Source: Caldilinea sp.
Lineage (GTDB): Bacteria; Chloroflexota; Anaerolineae; Caldilineales; Caldilineaceae
Assembly (NCBI GenBank): GCA_039810225.1
Contig: JBDHWM010000005.1
Span: 519-64,518 of the forward strand
Length of the DNA stretch: 64,000 bases
Reading direction: 5' to 3'
Both the position numbers and the translations under genes were made by a program. Positions 1 to 10,629 of the stretch are shown in pieces (the first letter of the stretch is position 1; each line of letters opens with the position of its first letter). The notes under the pieces are model-generated. The model was not told the origin of the DNA. It saw only the letters and a list, made by a program, of their open reading frames with translations, and made no database searches.

Positions 1-931
1 TCTTCGGGCGATCGAGTTGGATGAGCACGAAGTTCGTGCCGCTGGGGATGACCTGCACGCCGGGCAGCGTGGCCAGCGCCGCGCCGATGCGCTCGCGCTC
101 GGACACCACGCGGTCGCGCATGGCGAGGAAGCGCTCGCGGTGCTCCAACGCCACCAGCGCGGCCGCCTCGCTAAAGACGCTGAGCGGGAAGACCGTCACC
201 ACCTTCTGCAACTCCGCGGCCAGCACAGGCGAGGCCAGCGCATAGCCCACGCGCACGCCCGCCATGGCATAGAACTTGCTGAAGGTGCGCAGCAGGATGA
301 CGTTGCCCAGATCCAGCAGCCCGGTGAGGTCCTGGTCGCAGAACTCGGCGTAGGCTTCGTCGACAACGAGCAGCCCCGGGATCATCTCGGCCAGACGCCG
401 GATGTCGGCCTCGGCGTAGATGGTGCCGGTGGGGTTGTTGGGCGCACACATAACGACGAGCCGCGCCTGCGTTTCCTGCGCGGCCGCGGCCAGCGCATCG
501 ACCGGCAGGGCATAGCCATCCGCCGCGTTCAGCGCCACCTCGACGATCGCCGCCTCATGCAGGCGCGCGTTCTGCCGGTAGAGCAGAAAGGTCGGCGCCG
601 GCATCACCACCGTGTCGCCGGGACGCAGCGTCGCCGCCATCACCGCCTTGATCAGATCGGCCGAGCCTTCGCTCACCACGACCTGCTCCGGCGCCACGCC
701 CATCTGCGCGGCCAGCGCGTCGATGAGCAGCCACGGCCGCCCGCCCAGCGGGTAGCGCGACCACGGCAGCGCGGCCATGCGCTGCAAGACTTCTTCCTTC
801 AGGTCGGCGGGGAAATCCTCGGGGCTTTCGTTCCACTGCAAGCGGTGGAGCGACTCGTCCACCAGGTTGCGACCCAACGGCGGCAACCCGCGCACGCCCG
901 GCCGCACGACTTCATGAATTGGCTCTGACAT
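1..931 (-). CDS. hisC: Histidinol-phosphate aminotransferase-like PLP enzyme (class I/II), 3' end runs off the window
   Basis: Manual translation from ATG at 931: MSEPIHEVVRPGVRGLPP...LQWNESP...PNNPTG...DEAYAEF...RTFSKFYAMAGVRVGY (PLP-lysine motif). Absent from the ORF track because its stop is outside the window. Confidence 0.8.
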   Translation of the reverse strand, partial: MSEPIHEVVRPGVRGLPPLGRNLVDESLHRLQWNESPEDFPADLKEEVLQRMAALPWSRYPLGGRPWLLIDALAAQMGVAPEQVVVSEGSADLIKAVMAATLRPGDTVVMPAPTFLLYRQNARLHEAAIVEVALNAADGYALPVDALAAAAQETQARLVVMCAPNNPTGTIYAEADIRRLAEMIPGLLVVDEAYAEFCDQDLTGLLDLGNVILLRTFSKFYAMAGVRVGYALASPVLAAELQKVVTVFPLSVFSEAAALVALEHRERFLAMRDRVVSERERIGAALATLPGVQVIPSGTNFVLIQLDRPK

Positions 932-973
932 TGTTACTCGCTTCAATGCTGTGCTCAGAAGCTGGTGAACCGC

Positions 974-1067
974 AGCCACCAAGACTCAAAGCACGCCAAG
1001 GGGCACAAAGAAGAAACTCAACGCATTCACCTTCGTGCTTCTTTGCGCCCTTCGTGGCTTTGTGGCT
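974..1067. repeat. Imperfect inverted repeat built from ~8-nt units (CACAAAG/CGCAAAG/CACGAAG-like)
   Basis: Left arm AGCCACCAAGACTCAAAGCACGCCAAGGGGCACAAAGAAG; right arm CTTCGTGCTTCTTTGCGCCCTTCGTGGCTTTGTGGCT. Confidence 0.6.
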
Positions 1068-1086
1068 AGGCCGCTCAATCGACTTC

Positions 1087-2169
1087 TCAGCGTTCGGTTT
1101 TGACCTGGACCTGGTAGTCACCCGTCTTCTTCTCGCTGAAATGGCGGATGAAGATGGTGTAGACGCCCGGCTTCAAGCTGCGGATCAAGCGCGGGTTGAG
1201 TCCCACGCCGCTGTCGTCGTCCGTGCCGACCTTCTTCTTCTCGTCGTTCGGCCCGTAGACCTCCATGATCAGGTCCTGCTTGCCCAGCGTCTCCATGCGA
1301 TAGCGCCCGGCCTTGGTCACCGTGAAGGTGAACTTGTCCACCTCGGCCGGCTGGCCGATCGATTCGCTCACCGGGTCGCCGTCGATGATGATCTCGCCGC
1401 GCGGCTTGGGCGGGTAGGGATAGTTCGTGGCGATGAACTGCTTGTCCGTCTCCGAGAGCACGCGGTTCCAGCCGACCTCGAAGTTGCCAATCGTGAACTC
1501 ATTGGGGATGGGATAGAGCATGATCGAGCTCGGGTCAAACGCGGTAAACTGCGTGATCGTCTTATCGTAGGTCTGGAAGAGGTTGACGTCGACCTGCTGC
1601 TTCGTCCAGTTGTTGGGCGGCCCGCCATAGTAACGATAGACGACCGGCTTGTCCCACGGAATCTCGGCGGCGGGGTTCTGGTGTTCGTGGATGCAGGCCA
1701 GCGCGTGGCCGAACTCGTGCACCACGACGCGCGAATACTCGTCGTCCGCCGTGGTTGGCGTCAGCCAGCCGTAGTTCATCGTCGCCTGGTTGCGGGCGAT
1801 GCCCAGCGCGTCCGTGCCCAGGTAGGACCACGAGCCGCGCTGCCGGAAAGAGATACGGATCTCGGCGTTCGGGTCGTTGCCGAACTCGAACTGGATGTTG
1901 GCGTACTTACTCCACTCATGGGCAAAGGGCTGGAGGCGCTGCTGCACGGTCGGGTCGCCGTCGAGAAAGCGCACGCGCAGCGTCATGCCCGGCTTCCACA
2001 GTTTGCCCGGCAGCAAGGCCAGCGCGGCGACCGGCGCGTCCGGTGTCTCGCTCCCTTTCTGGGTCGGGAACGGGCCGTAAAAGAGGTCCGCTGCTCGCTT
2101 TTGCGCACGCACATAACGGCCGATGTCAAGCATACGGTCGACACAGGCCTGGATATCCTTGAGGTACAT
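1087..2169 (-). CDS. Astacin/M12-like zinc metalloprotease with C-terminal PPC domain
   Basis: HEFGHALACIHEHQNP zinc motif, DPSSIMLY Met-turn, SWSYLGTD, and a C-terminal EVDKFTF...DDDSG PPC-type domain. Start taken at MYLKD. Confidence 0.85.
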   Translation of the reverse strand: MYLKDIQACVDRMLDIGRYVRAQKRAADLFYGPFPTQKGSETPDAPVAALALLPGKLWKPGMTLRVRFLDGDPTVQQRLQPFAHEWSKYANIQFEFGNDPNAEIRISFRQRGSWSYLGTDALGIARNQATMNYGWLTPTTADDEYSRVVVHEFGHALACIHEHQNPAAEIPWDKPVVYRYYGGPPNNWTKQQVDVNLFQTYDKTITQFTAFDPSSIMLYPIPNEFTIGNFEVGWNRVLSETDKQFIATNYPYPPKPRGEIIIDGDPVSESIGQPAEVDKFTFTVTKAGRYRMETLGKQDLIMEVYGPNDEKKKVGTDDDSGVGLNPRLIRSLKPGVYTIFIRHFSEKKTGDYQVQVKTER

Positions 2170-2413
2170 GGACGCTCTCCTTTGCATGCAGATCGTGATG
2201 GGACCGGTGGCGGCATTATAGACCCGCGCCCCGCCGGTGTCAACGAAACAATAGCCGCCTGCCCGCCCATCCCTTTGGGTGCATCTCTCACTTGCGGTAC
2301 AATGGCGGGTATTGGTCACTTCACGGCAATCAACGCGGCTGCACTTTGCGGCACGCCCGCCAGCGATAATTTCCTGCCTCTCTTCGGGCAGATAGCAAAG
2401 GACGAAAGCTTCT

Positions 2414-3982
2414 ATGAGCGGAATTCTACTTCCCGGCCAGGACAAACCGTCGTCGTCTGGCGGCGGCAGCGGCATCGAGTTGCCCAAGGGCTTCTCGCGC
2501 CGCCGCGACGAAAGCGCCGAGCAGGAATCGGCGCCGGCCGAAACACCCGTCACCCCGGAAAGCGAAATGGAGGCAGCACTGGAGGCTGCACCCGAAGCCG
2601 CACCACAGCGCCGCGGCCGCCCCGGCGAGGACCTTCTCTTTCCGCCCACCGGCGCGCAGGTGCAGTGCCCCAACTGCGGCACGCCCTATGCCGTACCCAT
2701 CTTCACGATCATCGACCTTGGCGTCAACCCGGAGCTGGGTCCCGCCCTGCTCGGCGGCCAGATCAACATGGCCATGTGCCCGCAGTGCGGCGCCGGCGGC
2801 CCGCTCAGTGCGCCGCTCATGGTGCACGAGCCCGCACACGACTTCCTGGGCGTTTACGTCCCACCCACCGGCGGCGACGAATCGCAGCGCCAGCGCATCA
2901 TCGGCGAGCTGACGCAGACGCTCATGCGCCGGCTGCCCACCGAGGCGCGCCGCGGCTACATGCTCCAGCCGCGCGAGTACATGGACTGGAACCGCTTCCT
3001 GGAAAAGCTTTGGGAGTTCCAGGGCGTCACGCCGGAGATGCTGCGCCGCCAGCGCGACCAGGCTGCCGCCATCCAGAGCCTCATGCGCCTGGCCGATGAC
3101 CCCTCCGCACTCGACATCGCGCTGGAGCGCCATCGCAGCCTGGTCGATCGCCAGTTCTTTGCGCTGCTCGAACGGCTCATGCTCATGTCGGGCGCGCAAG
3201 GCGACCGCCAGAGTGCCGAAGCCCTGCGCGCGCTGCGCCAGGCCCTGCTTGAAAAGACCGACGTCGGCCAGGAGATCAAGCGCCTGCAACAGCGCGTCGA
3301 GCAGACCATCCGCAAGATTCAGCCCGGCGCCACACGCGAGGATATCCTCGACGTGCTGCTCGCGGCGTGGAATGAAGAAGACGGCGACGAGGTCGCTCCT
3401 TCCGTGGCCATGGCGCTCGGCCCGAACCTCGACTACCAGTTCCTGCTGGTCATCGCCAACCGGCTGGAAAGCGAGACCGACGAGCAGACGCGCCAGCATC
3501 TGGAACAACTGCGCGAGATCGTCACCGCCTTGCAGGAGCAGCAGCAGGCCAGCCAGCAGCAGATGGCCGCCCAGGCACAGGAGGTCTTGCAGGCCATCCT
3601 CGAAGCAACCGACACCGAGGCCGCGCTGCGCGAGAATGCCGATCTCATCGATGAAGGCTTCCTCTCGCTCCTGGCCGCCAACGTCGACCGCGCCGAAAAG
3701 GCCGGCGCCAAAGCGGCCGCCAATCGCATGCGCAAGATCTATGATATGGCTGTCGACATGCTCCAGGAGGATATGGCGCCCGACGTGCGGCTGGTCAACG
3801 AGCTGCTCAACGCACCGGACCAGAACGCCCGCCGCAAGCTGCTCGAAGAAAATCGCAGCATGCTGAGCCGCGACTTCGTCGAGGCGCTGCGCCAGTTGGA
3901 GGACGACTTCCGCGCCCGCCAGGCGACGGACGTGGCCGACCGGCTCAAGTCGATCCGGGCGCAGGCGTCGTTGATGCTCTAG
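2414..3982 (+). CDS. CpXC domain-containing protein
   Basis: CPNCG and CPQCG knuckles with IFTIIDLG and PLMVHEP segments, followed by a long helical C-terminus. Confidence 0.8.
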   Translation: MSGILLPGQDKPSSSGGGSGIELPKGFSRRRDESAEQESAPAETPVTPESEMEAALEAAPEAAPQRRGRPGEDLLFPPTGAQVQCPNCGTPYAVPIFTIIDLGVNPELGPALLGGQINMAMCPQCGAGGPLSAPLMVHEPAHDFLGVYVPPTGGDESQRQRIIGELTQTLMRRLPTEARRGYMLQPREYMDWNRFLEKLWEFQGVTPEMLRRQRDQAAAIQSLMRLADDPSALDIALERHRSLVDRQFFALLERLMLMSGAQGDRQSAEALRALRQALLEKTDVGQEIKRLQQRVEQTIRKIQPGATREDILDVLLAAWNEEDGDEVAPSVAMALGPNLDYQFLLVIANRLESETDEQTRQHLEQLREIVTALQEQQQASQQQMAAQAQEVLQAILEATDTEAALRENADLIDEGFLSLLAANVDRAEKAGAKAAANRMRKIYDMAVDMLQEDMAPDVRLVNELLNAPDQNARRKLLEENRSMLSRDFVEALRQLEDDFRARQATDVADRLKSIRAQASLML

Positions 3983-4004
3983 GGCTGGCGGGCGTCGGCA
4001 TCGA

Positions 4005-4037
4005 AGAAACCGAGTTTCTTGAAGAAGCTCGGTTTCT
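4005..4037. repeat. REP-like palindrome AGAAACCGAGTTTCTT-G-AAGAAGCTCGGTTTCT
   Basis: 16-bp arms with one mismatch; each arm is itself near-palindromic. Confidence 0.6.
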
Positions 4038-4060
4038 GACCACGTCTGAACCAGTCAGTC

Positions 4061-4101
4061 CAGGCGCCGGAGCAGCGTCATCGATGCTGCTCCGGCGCCT
4101 G
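4061..4101. terminator. Long GC-rich hairpin (terminator or REP-like)
   Basis: CAGGCGCCGGAGCAGCGTC-ATC-GATGCTGCTCCGGCGCCTG followed by ATTTATT. Confidence 0.55.
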
Positions 4102-4142
4102 ATTTATTCTACCCGTTCCTCATTCAAGAAGAATCAACCACA

Positions 4143-5402
4143 ATGACCACACTTGCCGCCGAAATCGTCACGTCGGGCACCGAAATCCTGCTCGGCGATA
4201 TTGTCGATACCAACGCCGCCTGGATCGCCCAGCAATTGCGCGAGACGGGCGTCAACCTTTACTACAAGACGACGGTCGGCGACAACGAGCCGCGCCTGCG
4301 CGGCGTCATCGAGCTGGGTATGACACGCAGCCAGGTTATCATCGTCACCGGCGGCCTCGGCCCCACCGTAGACGACATCACGCGCCAGGCCATCGCCAAC
4401 GCCACCGGATGCCCGCTGCGTCTGCACGAAGGCGCGCTGGCCACGCTCAAAGAGCGCTTCGCCCGCTTCGGCTCCACCATGACCGACAACAACCGCCAGC
4501 AGGCATTGATTCCCGAAGGCGCCATTCTCATCGAGAACCCTGTCGGCACCGCGCCCGGCTTCATCGTCGAAGGCGAGCGCGCGGCGGTCATCGCCCTGCC
4601 CGGCGTCCCGCGCGAGATGATGCAGTTGATGACCGACACGGTACTGCCCTATTTGCGCCGGCGTATGGGCGAGGAAACCGTCATCCGCCGCCGCATTCTG
4701 CGCACCTTCGGCATCGGCGAGAGCACCATCGACGACCTGCTGGATGACCTCCTACGCGCCGCCAACCCGACCGTGGGGCTGGCGGCCAAGACCGGGCAGG
4801 TCGACATTCGCATTGCCGCCCGCGCCGATGACGCGCCGGCCGCAGAAGCCATGCTCGACGAGATCGAGGCCAGCGTGCGTGCCCTTGTCGGCAAGTACAT
4901 CTACTCGACGACGCCCGATGAAGCCTACGAGACGGTGCTGGTGCGCCGGCTGGCCGAAATCGGCGCGACCGTCGCCGTGCTGGAGACAAACACGCGCGGC
5001 GCCATTGCCGCACGGCTGGCCGCAGCACTGCCTGGGCACAACCCCGTCGCCGCCAACGTGCTGGCCGATGACACCGCCCTGCCGCTGGTGCTGGCCGAAC
5101 TCAGTGCGCCCGATACACTCTCCACGGAGAGCCGGCAAAAGCTGGCCGCCAAGGCCGCCGAGTGGATGCGCAGCCGGCAGCCGGCCACGCTGGGCATCGC
5201 CGTGGTGGGCACAGCCGGCGCCGACGAAGGCGTCTTCGGCAGCCGCAACGGCGAAAGCTGGCTTGGCCTGAGCGATGGCCGCAAGACCACGACGATGCTC
5301 ATCCCCTTTGGCGGCCAGGACGAGTACACCCACGTACGCATCGGCAACCAGGTGCTGGCCACGCTGAACCGGTGGGCCGACGAACCGGTAGACGCAGCAT
5401 GA
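4143..5402 (+). CDS. cinA: CinA-like protein (molybdopterin-binding domain plus degenerate PncC domain)
   Basis: GTEILLGDIVDTNA, TVGDN, TGGLGPTVDDITR, NPVGTAPG, LPGVPREM. Confidence 0.9.
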   Translation: MTTLAAEIVTSGTEILLGDIVDTNAAWIAQQLRETGVNLYYKTTVGDNEPRLRGVIELGMTRSQVIIVTGGLGPTVDDITRQAIANATGCPLRLHEGALATLKERFARFGSTMTDNNRQQALIPEGAILIENPVGTAPGFIVEGERAAVIALPGVPREMMQLMTDTVLPYLRRRMGEETVIRRRILRTFGIGESTIDDLLDDLLRAANPTVGLAAKTGQVDIRIAARADDAPAAEAMLDEIEASVRALVGKYIYSTTPDEAYETVLVRRLAEIGATVAVLETNTRGAIAARLAAALPGHNPVAANVLADDTALPLVLAELSAPDTLSTESRQKLAAKAAEWMRSRQPATLGIAVVGTAGADEGVFGSRNGESWLGLSDGRKTTTMLIPFGGQDEYTHVRIGNQVLATLNRWADEPVDAA

Positions 5403-5989
5403 GTGGGCAGCACGCTCCGCCGGACATTGCGGCCCTCGTCACGCTGCTCGACCACGGCAGCATCCTCAAGCGCCTGCCGCGCACGGGCTGGCTGCTCAAC
5501 GGCGTCGTCCCGTGCGAGTCGGTCGCCGATCACACGGCCGGCGTCGCCTTGCTGACGCTGGCGCTGGCCGGCGCCATCAACGCCGACTGGCGCGGCGCCG
5601 GGCTCGACGCGCCGCTCGACATCGGTCGCGCCGTCACCCTCGCCGTGCTCCACGACCTGGCCGAGAGCGTCGTCACCGACCTGCCCAAGCGCAGCGCGGA
5701 GCTGTTCGGCGCCGAAGCCAAGCATCGCGCCGAGGCGGAAGCCATGGCCGGGCTGTTGGCGGAGCTTCCCGGCGGCCATGACTATACGATCCTGTGGAAT
5801 GAGTACGATGCACGCGCCACGCCCGAAGCACGCCTGGTCGCCGATGCCGACAAGTTGGAAATGGTGCATCAGGCGCTGCAATATGAGCGCGCCGGCCATC
5901 GTACACTGGACGAATTCTGGCACGGCTATCGCTGGAATTATGGTCTATGCGAACATCTATATGAGGTATTGCAACGCCAACGCAGTTGA
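5399..5989 (+). CDS. HD-domain hydrolase (YfbR/HDDC2-like 5'-deoxynucleotidase)
   Basis: LKRLPRTGW, ESVADH, LHDLAE, DADKLE. Its ATG overlaps the cinA stop. Confidence 0.85.
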   Translation: MSGQHAPPDIAALVTLLDHGSILKRLPRTGWLLNGVVPCESVADHTAGVALLTLALAGAINADWRGAGLDAPLDIGRAVTLAVLHDLAESVVTDLPKRSAELFGAEAKHRAEAEAMAGLLAELPGGHDYTILWNEYDARATPEARLVADADKLEMVHQALQYERAGHRTLDEFWHGYRWNYGLCEHLYEVLQRQRS

Positions 5990-6057
5990 GGTAGAGTAAT
6001 TTTCGATGGGGAGGGCCACGGTACCCAGGTCAATAGCGCATGCGACGAGGACTAGCA

Positions 6058-7173
<1,116 letters not shown>

Positions 7174-7192
7174 CGACCTGGTGTAAAATAAT

Positions 7193-7230
7193 GCCCACGG
7201 GATCGCATCGGCGTTCCTGTGGGCTTTTTT
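7193..7230 (+). terminator. Rho-independent terminator
   Basis: GCCCACGGGATCGC-ATCG-GCGTTCCTGTGGGC followed by TTTTTT. Confidence 0.7.
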
Positions 7231-7385
7231 GCTTTTATCGGCGCAACAGGCAGGACAATCGCGCATAGCAAGAACCAGTCGAACAGCGCACACGAGCATG
7301 CAGTGCCCGCCTTTTGAGCGCGGCTTTTGCCCGCCTGTGCCCCCAACGGTTCCAGCGATACTGCCGGCGCAGGAGTAGGTCGTGA

Positions 7386-8876
7386 ATGAGGCCACGTTCA
7401 ACTAAACTCATTTCCTTTTTTCTGATCGCTTCGCTGTTGTTGACCTCCTGCTCTGCCGGTGTTTTTCAAGGGCAACGCGGCGTTCAACTGGCAGCACAAG
7501 AAATGGCGCCCAAACCGCCCCTCGAAATCACCAGCAACAACAAGCCGTTGCCGGGTGTCGACGTCAAGCAGTACAACCCGCCCCGCCCGCCGATCCAGCC
7601 CTTCTCCGTCAGCCGCACACTTTATCCGCAGGTCGCGGCCGCCAACGGTCTGGGCGCCCTGTTGCTACCGCCCGCGCCGGACTACATCGCGCCGCTGGCA
7701 GCGCCCATTGGCCCGGCCTTCAACTGGAGCCAGACGGACAACTACCTGCTCCTCGGCACCGATCATCGCCCCGGCTGGACAAGCTGGCGCACCGACGTGT
7801 TGATGATCGTCGGCGTGGATCGCGCCAACTCGCGCGTGGCCGTCTTCAGCGTGCCGCGCGACCTCTACGTGCAGATTCCGGGCTATGGCTGGGGCCGCAT
7901 CAACCAGGTCGACTACATCGGTGAGAAGGCGAGCCCCGGTGGCGGTGGCCCGGCGCTGGTCTCGCAGGTGCTGGCCAGCACGCTTGGCATCTCGACGAAC
8001 CACTGGGTGCGCATCCGCATGGATGGCTTCATCGACGTCGTCAACGCAGTCGGCGGCGTCACCGTCCACCTGGACTGCCCTTTCTACGAGCCGATCTTCA
8101 ACCTGACGACCGACGCGTGGGATTACTTTGCGCTGCCCGCGGGCGATGTTTGGCTGGACGGCGACACGGCCTACTGGTTCGTGCGCCTGCGCTATCGCGA
8201 GAGCGACATTGGTCGCAACCAGCGCCAGCGTGAATTCCTCTGGGGCTTGCGCAACCAGATGGTGCGTACCAACCTGCTTGCCAACTTCCCGCAGCTCTAC
8301 AGCGCGTTCCAGAGCATGGTCGCCACCGACCTGAACCCGCTCGAGATCGTGGACATGCTGAGCTGGGGCATTCAGCTTGACCCAGCCAGCGTGCGCGCCA
8401 GCGGGCTTACGCTTTACGACCTGCAAAGCTACACCACGGCCGAAGGCGCCTCGGTGCTGCGCATCGCCGACCCGACCCGCGTGCGCGGCGTCGTCGAGGG
8501 TATCTGGGCGGCGCCGGCTATGGTCGACTCCTACCGCAAGGACGTGACGCGCTGTCCGGCCCTGCCGCCCGGCGTCACCTACGCCACGGACACGCTGCCC
8601 GACCTGTCGTCGGTCAACGTGGAGGCAGCGGGCGAAGCACCCGCCGGCGCAGAAGCTCAGCCTGCTGCTCCCGAGGCGCCTGCCGCCGATGCACCCGCCG
8701 CCGAAGCACCTGCCGCAGAGGTACCTGCCGACGTAGCCGCCCAGCCGACGCCGGAAGCCGGCATCGCCCTGCCCGAACCTACGCCCACGCCGGCCGAGTC
8801 GGTCTCGACGTCGCTCTTCCCGACGCCCACACCGGCGCCCATCAGCCTGCTCCCGCCCGCACCAGAAGGCGGCTGA
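7386..8876 (+). CDS. LCP family lipoprotein with Pro/Ala/Glu-rich tail
   Basis: NYLLLGTD, RTDVLM, SVPRDL, DIGRNQRQ; lipobox LTSC. Confidence 0.9.
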   Translation: MRPRSTKLISFFLIASLLLTSCSAGVFQGQRGVQLAAQEMAPKPPLEITSNNKPLPGVDVKQYNPPRPPIQPFSVSRTLYPQVAAANGLGALLLPPAPDYIAPLAAPIGPAFNWSQTDNYLLLGTDHRPGWTSWRTDVLMIVGVDRANSRVAVFSVPRDLYVQIPGYGWGRINQVDYIGEKASPGGGGPALVSQVLASTLGISTNHWVRIRMDGFIDVVNAVGGVTVHLDCPFYEPIFNLTTDAWDYFALPAGDVWLDGDTAYWFVRLRYRESDIGRNQRQREFLWGLRNQMVRTNLLANFPQLYSAFQSMVATDLNPLEIVDMLSWGIQLDPASVRASGLTLYDLQSYTTAEGASVLRIADPTRVRGVVEGIWAAPAMVDSYRKDVTRCPALPPGVTYATDTLPDLSSVNVEAAGEAPAGAEAQPAAPEAPAADAPAAEAPAAEVPADVAAQPTPEAGIALPEPTPTPAESVSTSLFPTPTPAPISLLPPAPEGG

Positions 8877-8959
8877 GGCACTCGCCAGACGCGCAATCGC
8901 CCAATCTCACCGGTGCTGTAGAGGATCCCGACGAGATTGGGCGATTTTGTTTTCGGGCA

Positions 8960-9165
8960 CCATGCCTTGCCGGCGCCACAAACGACGAAAACGCGATTCT
9001 CTGCGAATCCTTGCGCCTTTGCGTCCTTGCGTCTTTGCGTTGAAGCCTATTTTCAGGACAGGCGCCATGCCTTACCTGCACCTCAAACGATCGGAACGCA
9101 ATTCTCTGCGAATCCTTGCGCCTTTGCGCCCTTGCGTCTTTGCGTTGAAGTCTATTCTCAGCACA
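8960..9165. repeat. Two tandem ~105-bp direct repeats, each containing a (C[CT]TTGCG[CT])x4 octamer array
   Basis: CCATGCCTT...ATTCTCTGCGAATCCTTGCGCCTTTGCG[TC]CCTTGCGTCTTTGCGTTGAAG..TATT starts at 8960 and again at 9065. Confidence 0.85.
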
Positions 9166-9178
9166 CCGTCGACAGCCG

Positions 9179-9961
9179 TCAGGCGATCTGCGCCAGCCGC
9201 TCGCGCAGGAGGTCGCGGCTCGCCAGCAGCCAGCGTTCGTTGCCGAAGATCTCCAGCGTGACCGTCCCGTCGTAGCGAAAATCGCGCAGCACCTGTAACT
9301 CGTGGCGCAGGTTGATGGCGCCAGTGCGCGGCGCGCCGAAAGGCAGGTGGTCGTCGGCCGTGCCGTCGTTGTCGCTCATGTGGACGTGCACCAGGCGGTC
9401 GGCCAGGGCAAAGCAGTAGTCGCGTGTCATGCTGCGCGCGGTGTTGACGTTACCATGGCCGATGTCAAAGGTCAGCTTGAGGTCGGGCAGGCGAAAGAAG
9501 ATCTCGCGGAAGTACTTGAGCTGGTGCTTGTTGTCGGGGCTGTTCTCCAGCGTCACCTGCACGCCCTGCGTTTCACCGTGCTTGATCAGGATCTGGTAGG
9601 CCTGCTTGTAGTATTCATAGCCCGTTTCTTCGGCCAGATAGCCCGGCCAGCCGACGAAGTGGGTCGTACAGAGCGGCGCGCCAAGCTGCGCGGCGATGTC
9701 GATGCAGCGGCGCAGCTCGTCCAGCGTGGCCTGGCGCACCAGCGGCGACGGATTGTTGAGCGGCAGGTAGGGCGCGGCATGGGCCAGCACGCGCAGGCCG
9801 TGATCTTGCAACGCCTGCGCCACTGCCGCCCAATCTGTGGTCTCCGGCGCGGCGCCCGGCGCCTCGATGGTCAGGTCGATGAAGTCGAAGCCGTGGCGGG
9901 CGATCCGCTCGATCTCCTCCAGCAGCCGCTTGCGCGGGTCGTTCATGACACCAAACTGCAT
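9179..9961 (-). CDS. Sugar phosphate isomerase/epimerase (AP endonuclease 2-like TIM barrel)
   Basis: MQFGVMND start, TLEN, TFDIGH, HVHMSDNDGTADDHLPFG, VTLE. Confidence 0.85.
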   Translation of the reverse strand: MQFGVMNDPRKRLLEEIERIARHGFDFIDLTIEAPGAAPETTDWAAVAQALQDHGLRVLAHAAPYLPLNNPSPLVRQATLDELRRCIDIAAQLGAPLCTTHFVGWPGYLAEETGYEYYKQAYQILIKHGETQGVQVTLENSPDNKHQLKYFREIFFRLPDLKLTFDIGHGNVNTARSMTRDYCFALADRLVHVHMSDNDGTADDHLPFGAPRTGAINLRHELQVLRDFRYDGTVTLEIFGNERWLLASRDLLRERLAQIA

Positions 9962-9966
9962 GGTCC

Positions 9967-10629
9967 TTACTCCCGTTCCCAGCCGAACCAGAGCGCTGCG
10001 CCGGCCAGCGCCAGCAGCCCGCCGGCGCACAGCCAGAGCCCCCAGCCCGGCGTCAATGGTTGATGATAGAGATCGGCGATCGTGGGCAGCACCGCCAGGA
10101 ACTGGCGTGCCGGCACAAAGGCCGCAAGGATGGCACCCGCGGCAACTGCCACGGCAACGAGCCGGCGCGGCAGCAACGCCAGCAGCGGGCTGAAGGCCAT
10201 GGCCGCCAGGCAGATCGCCAGCGCGATGGCCTGCTGGCGGAACTCGTCCGTCAACATGCGCTGCGGCGTCCAGGCCGGCGGCAGCAGGTTCAGCGCGGCG
10301 ACAATGGCCGTCGCCAGCAGCAGGCCGCGCACGAGCCACGGATAGCGCAACTCGCGGCGAAAGGCAAAGAGGCTGGCGGAGAGGCTGGCGACGACGAGCG
10401 GCAGGTAGAAGCCCTCGCGCCAGAGCGCGATCTGCCCGGCGCGTACCGGCGTCAGGAACTTCACATACTCGCCCAGGTCCAGCCCCATGACGACGAGACC
10501 GGCGACCCGATGGCCGACCCAGGGGCCGAAGTACCCGGCTAATGCCAGGAGGATGGTCGCCGGCAGCAGCCAGCGCAGGATCGTCCAGCGGCGGGGCGCG
10601 GCGAGGCGAGCGGCCACAACGACCGTCAT
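9967..10629 (-). CDS. Hypothetical multi-pass membrane protein
   Basis: Several hydrophobic segments; GLDLGEYVKFL; overlaps the upstream gene stop. Confidence 0.7.
   Translation of the reverse strand: MTVVVAARLAAPRRWTILRWLLPATILLALAGYFGPWVGHRVAGLVVMGLDLGEYVKFLTPVRAGQIALWREGFYLPLVVASLSASLFAFRRELRYPWLVRGLLLATAIVAALNLLPPAWTPQRMLTDEFRQQAIALAICLAAMAFSPLLALLPRRLVAVAVAAGAILAAFVPARQFLAVLPTIADLYHQPLTPGWGLWLCAGGLLALAGAALWFGWERE

Noticed and set aside
17-928. 303-aa + strand ORF
   Set aside because: Antisense shadow of the minus-strand aminotransferase, which has clear motifs.
919-3099. 726-aa + strand ORF and similar long ORFs (15226-16542, 24934-26445, 35312-37552, 59567-61195)
   Set aside because: Opposite-strand or off-frame shadows of well-supported genes, typical of high-GC DNA; no motifs.
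8960-9165. Possible CRISPR array
   Set aside because: Only two units, the intervening parts are homologous, and there are no cas genes in the window.
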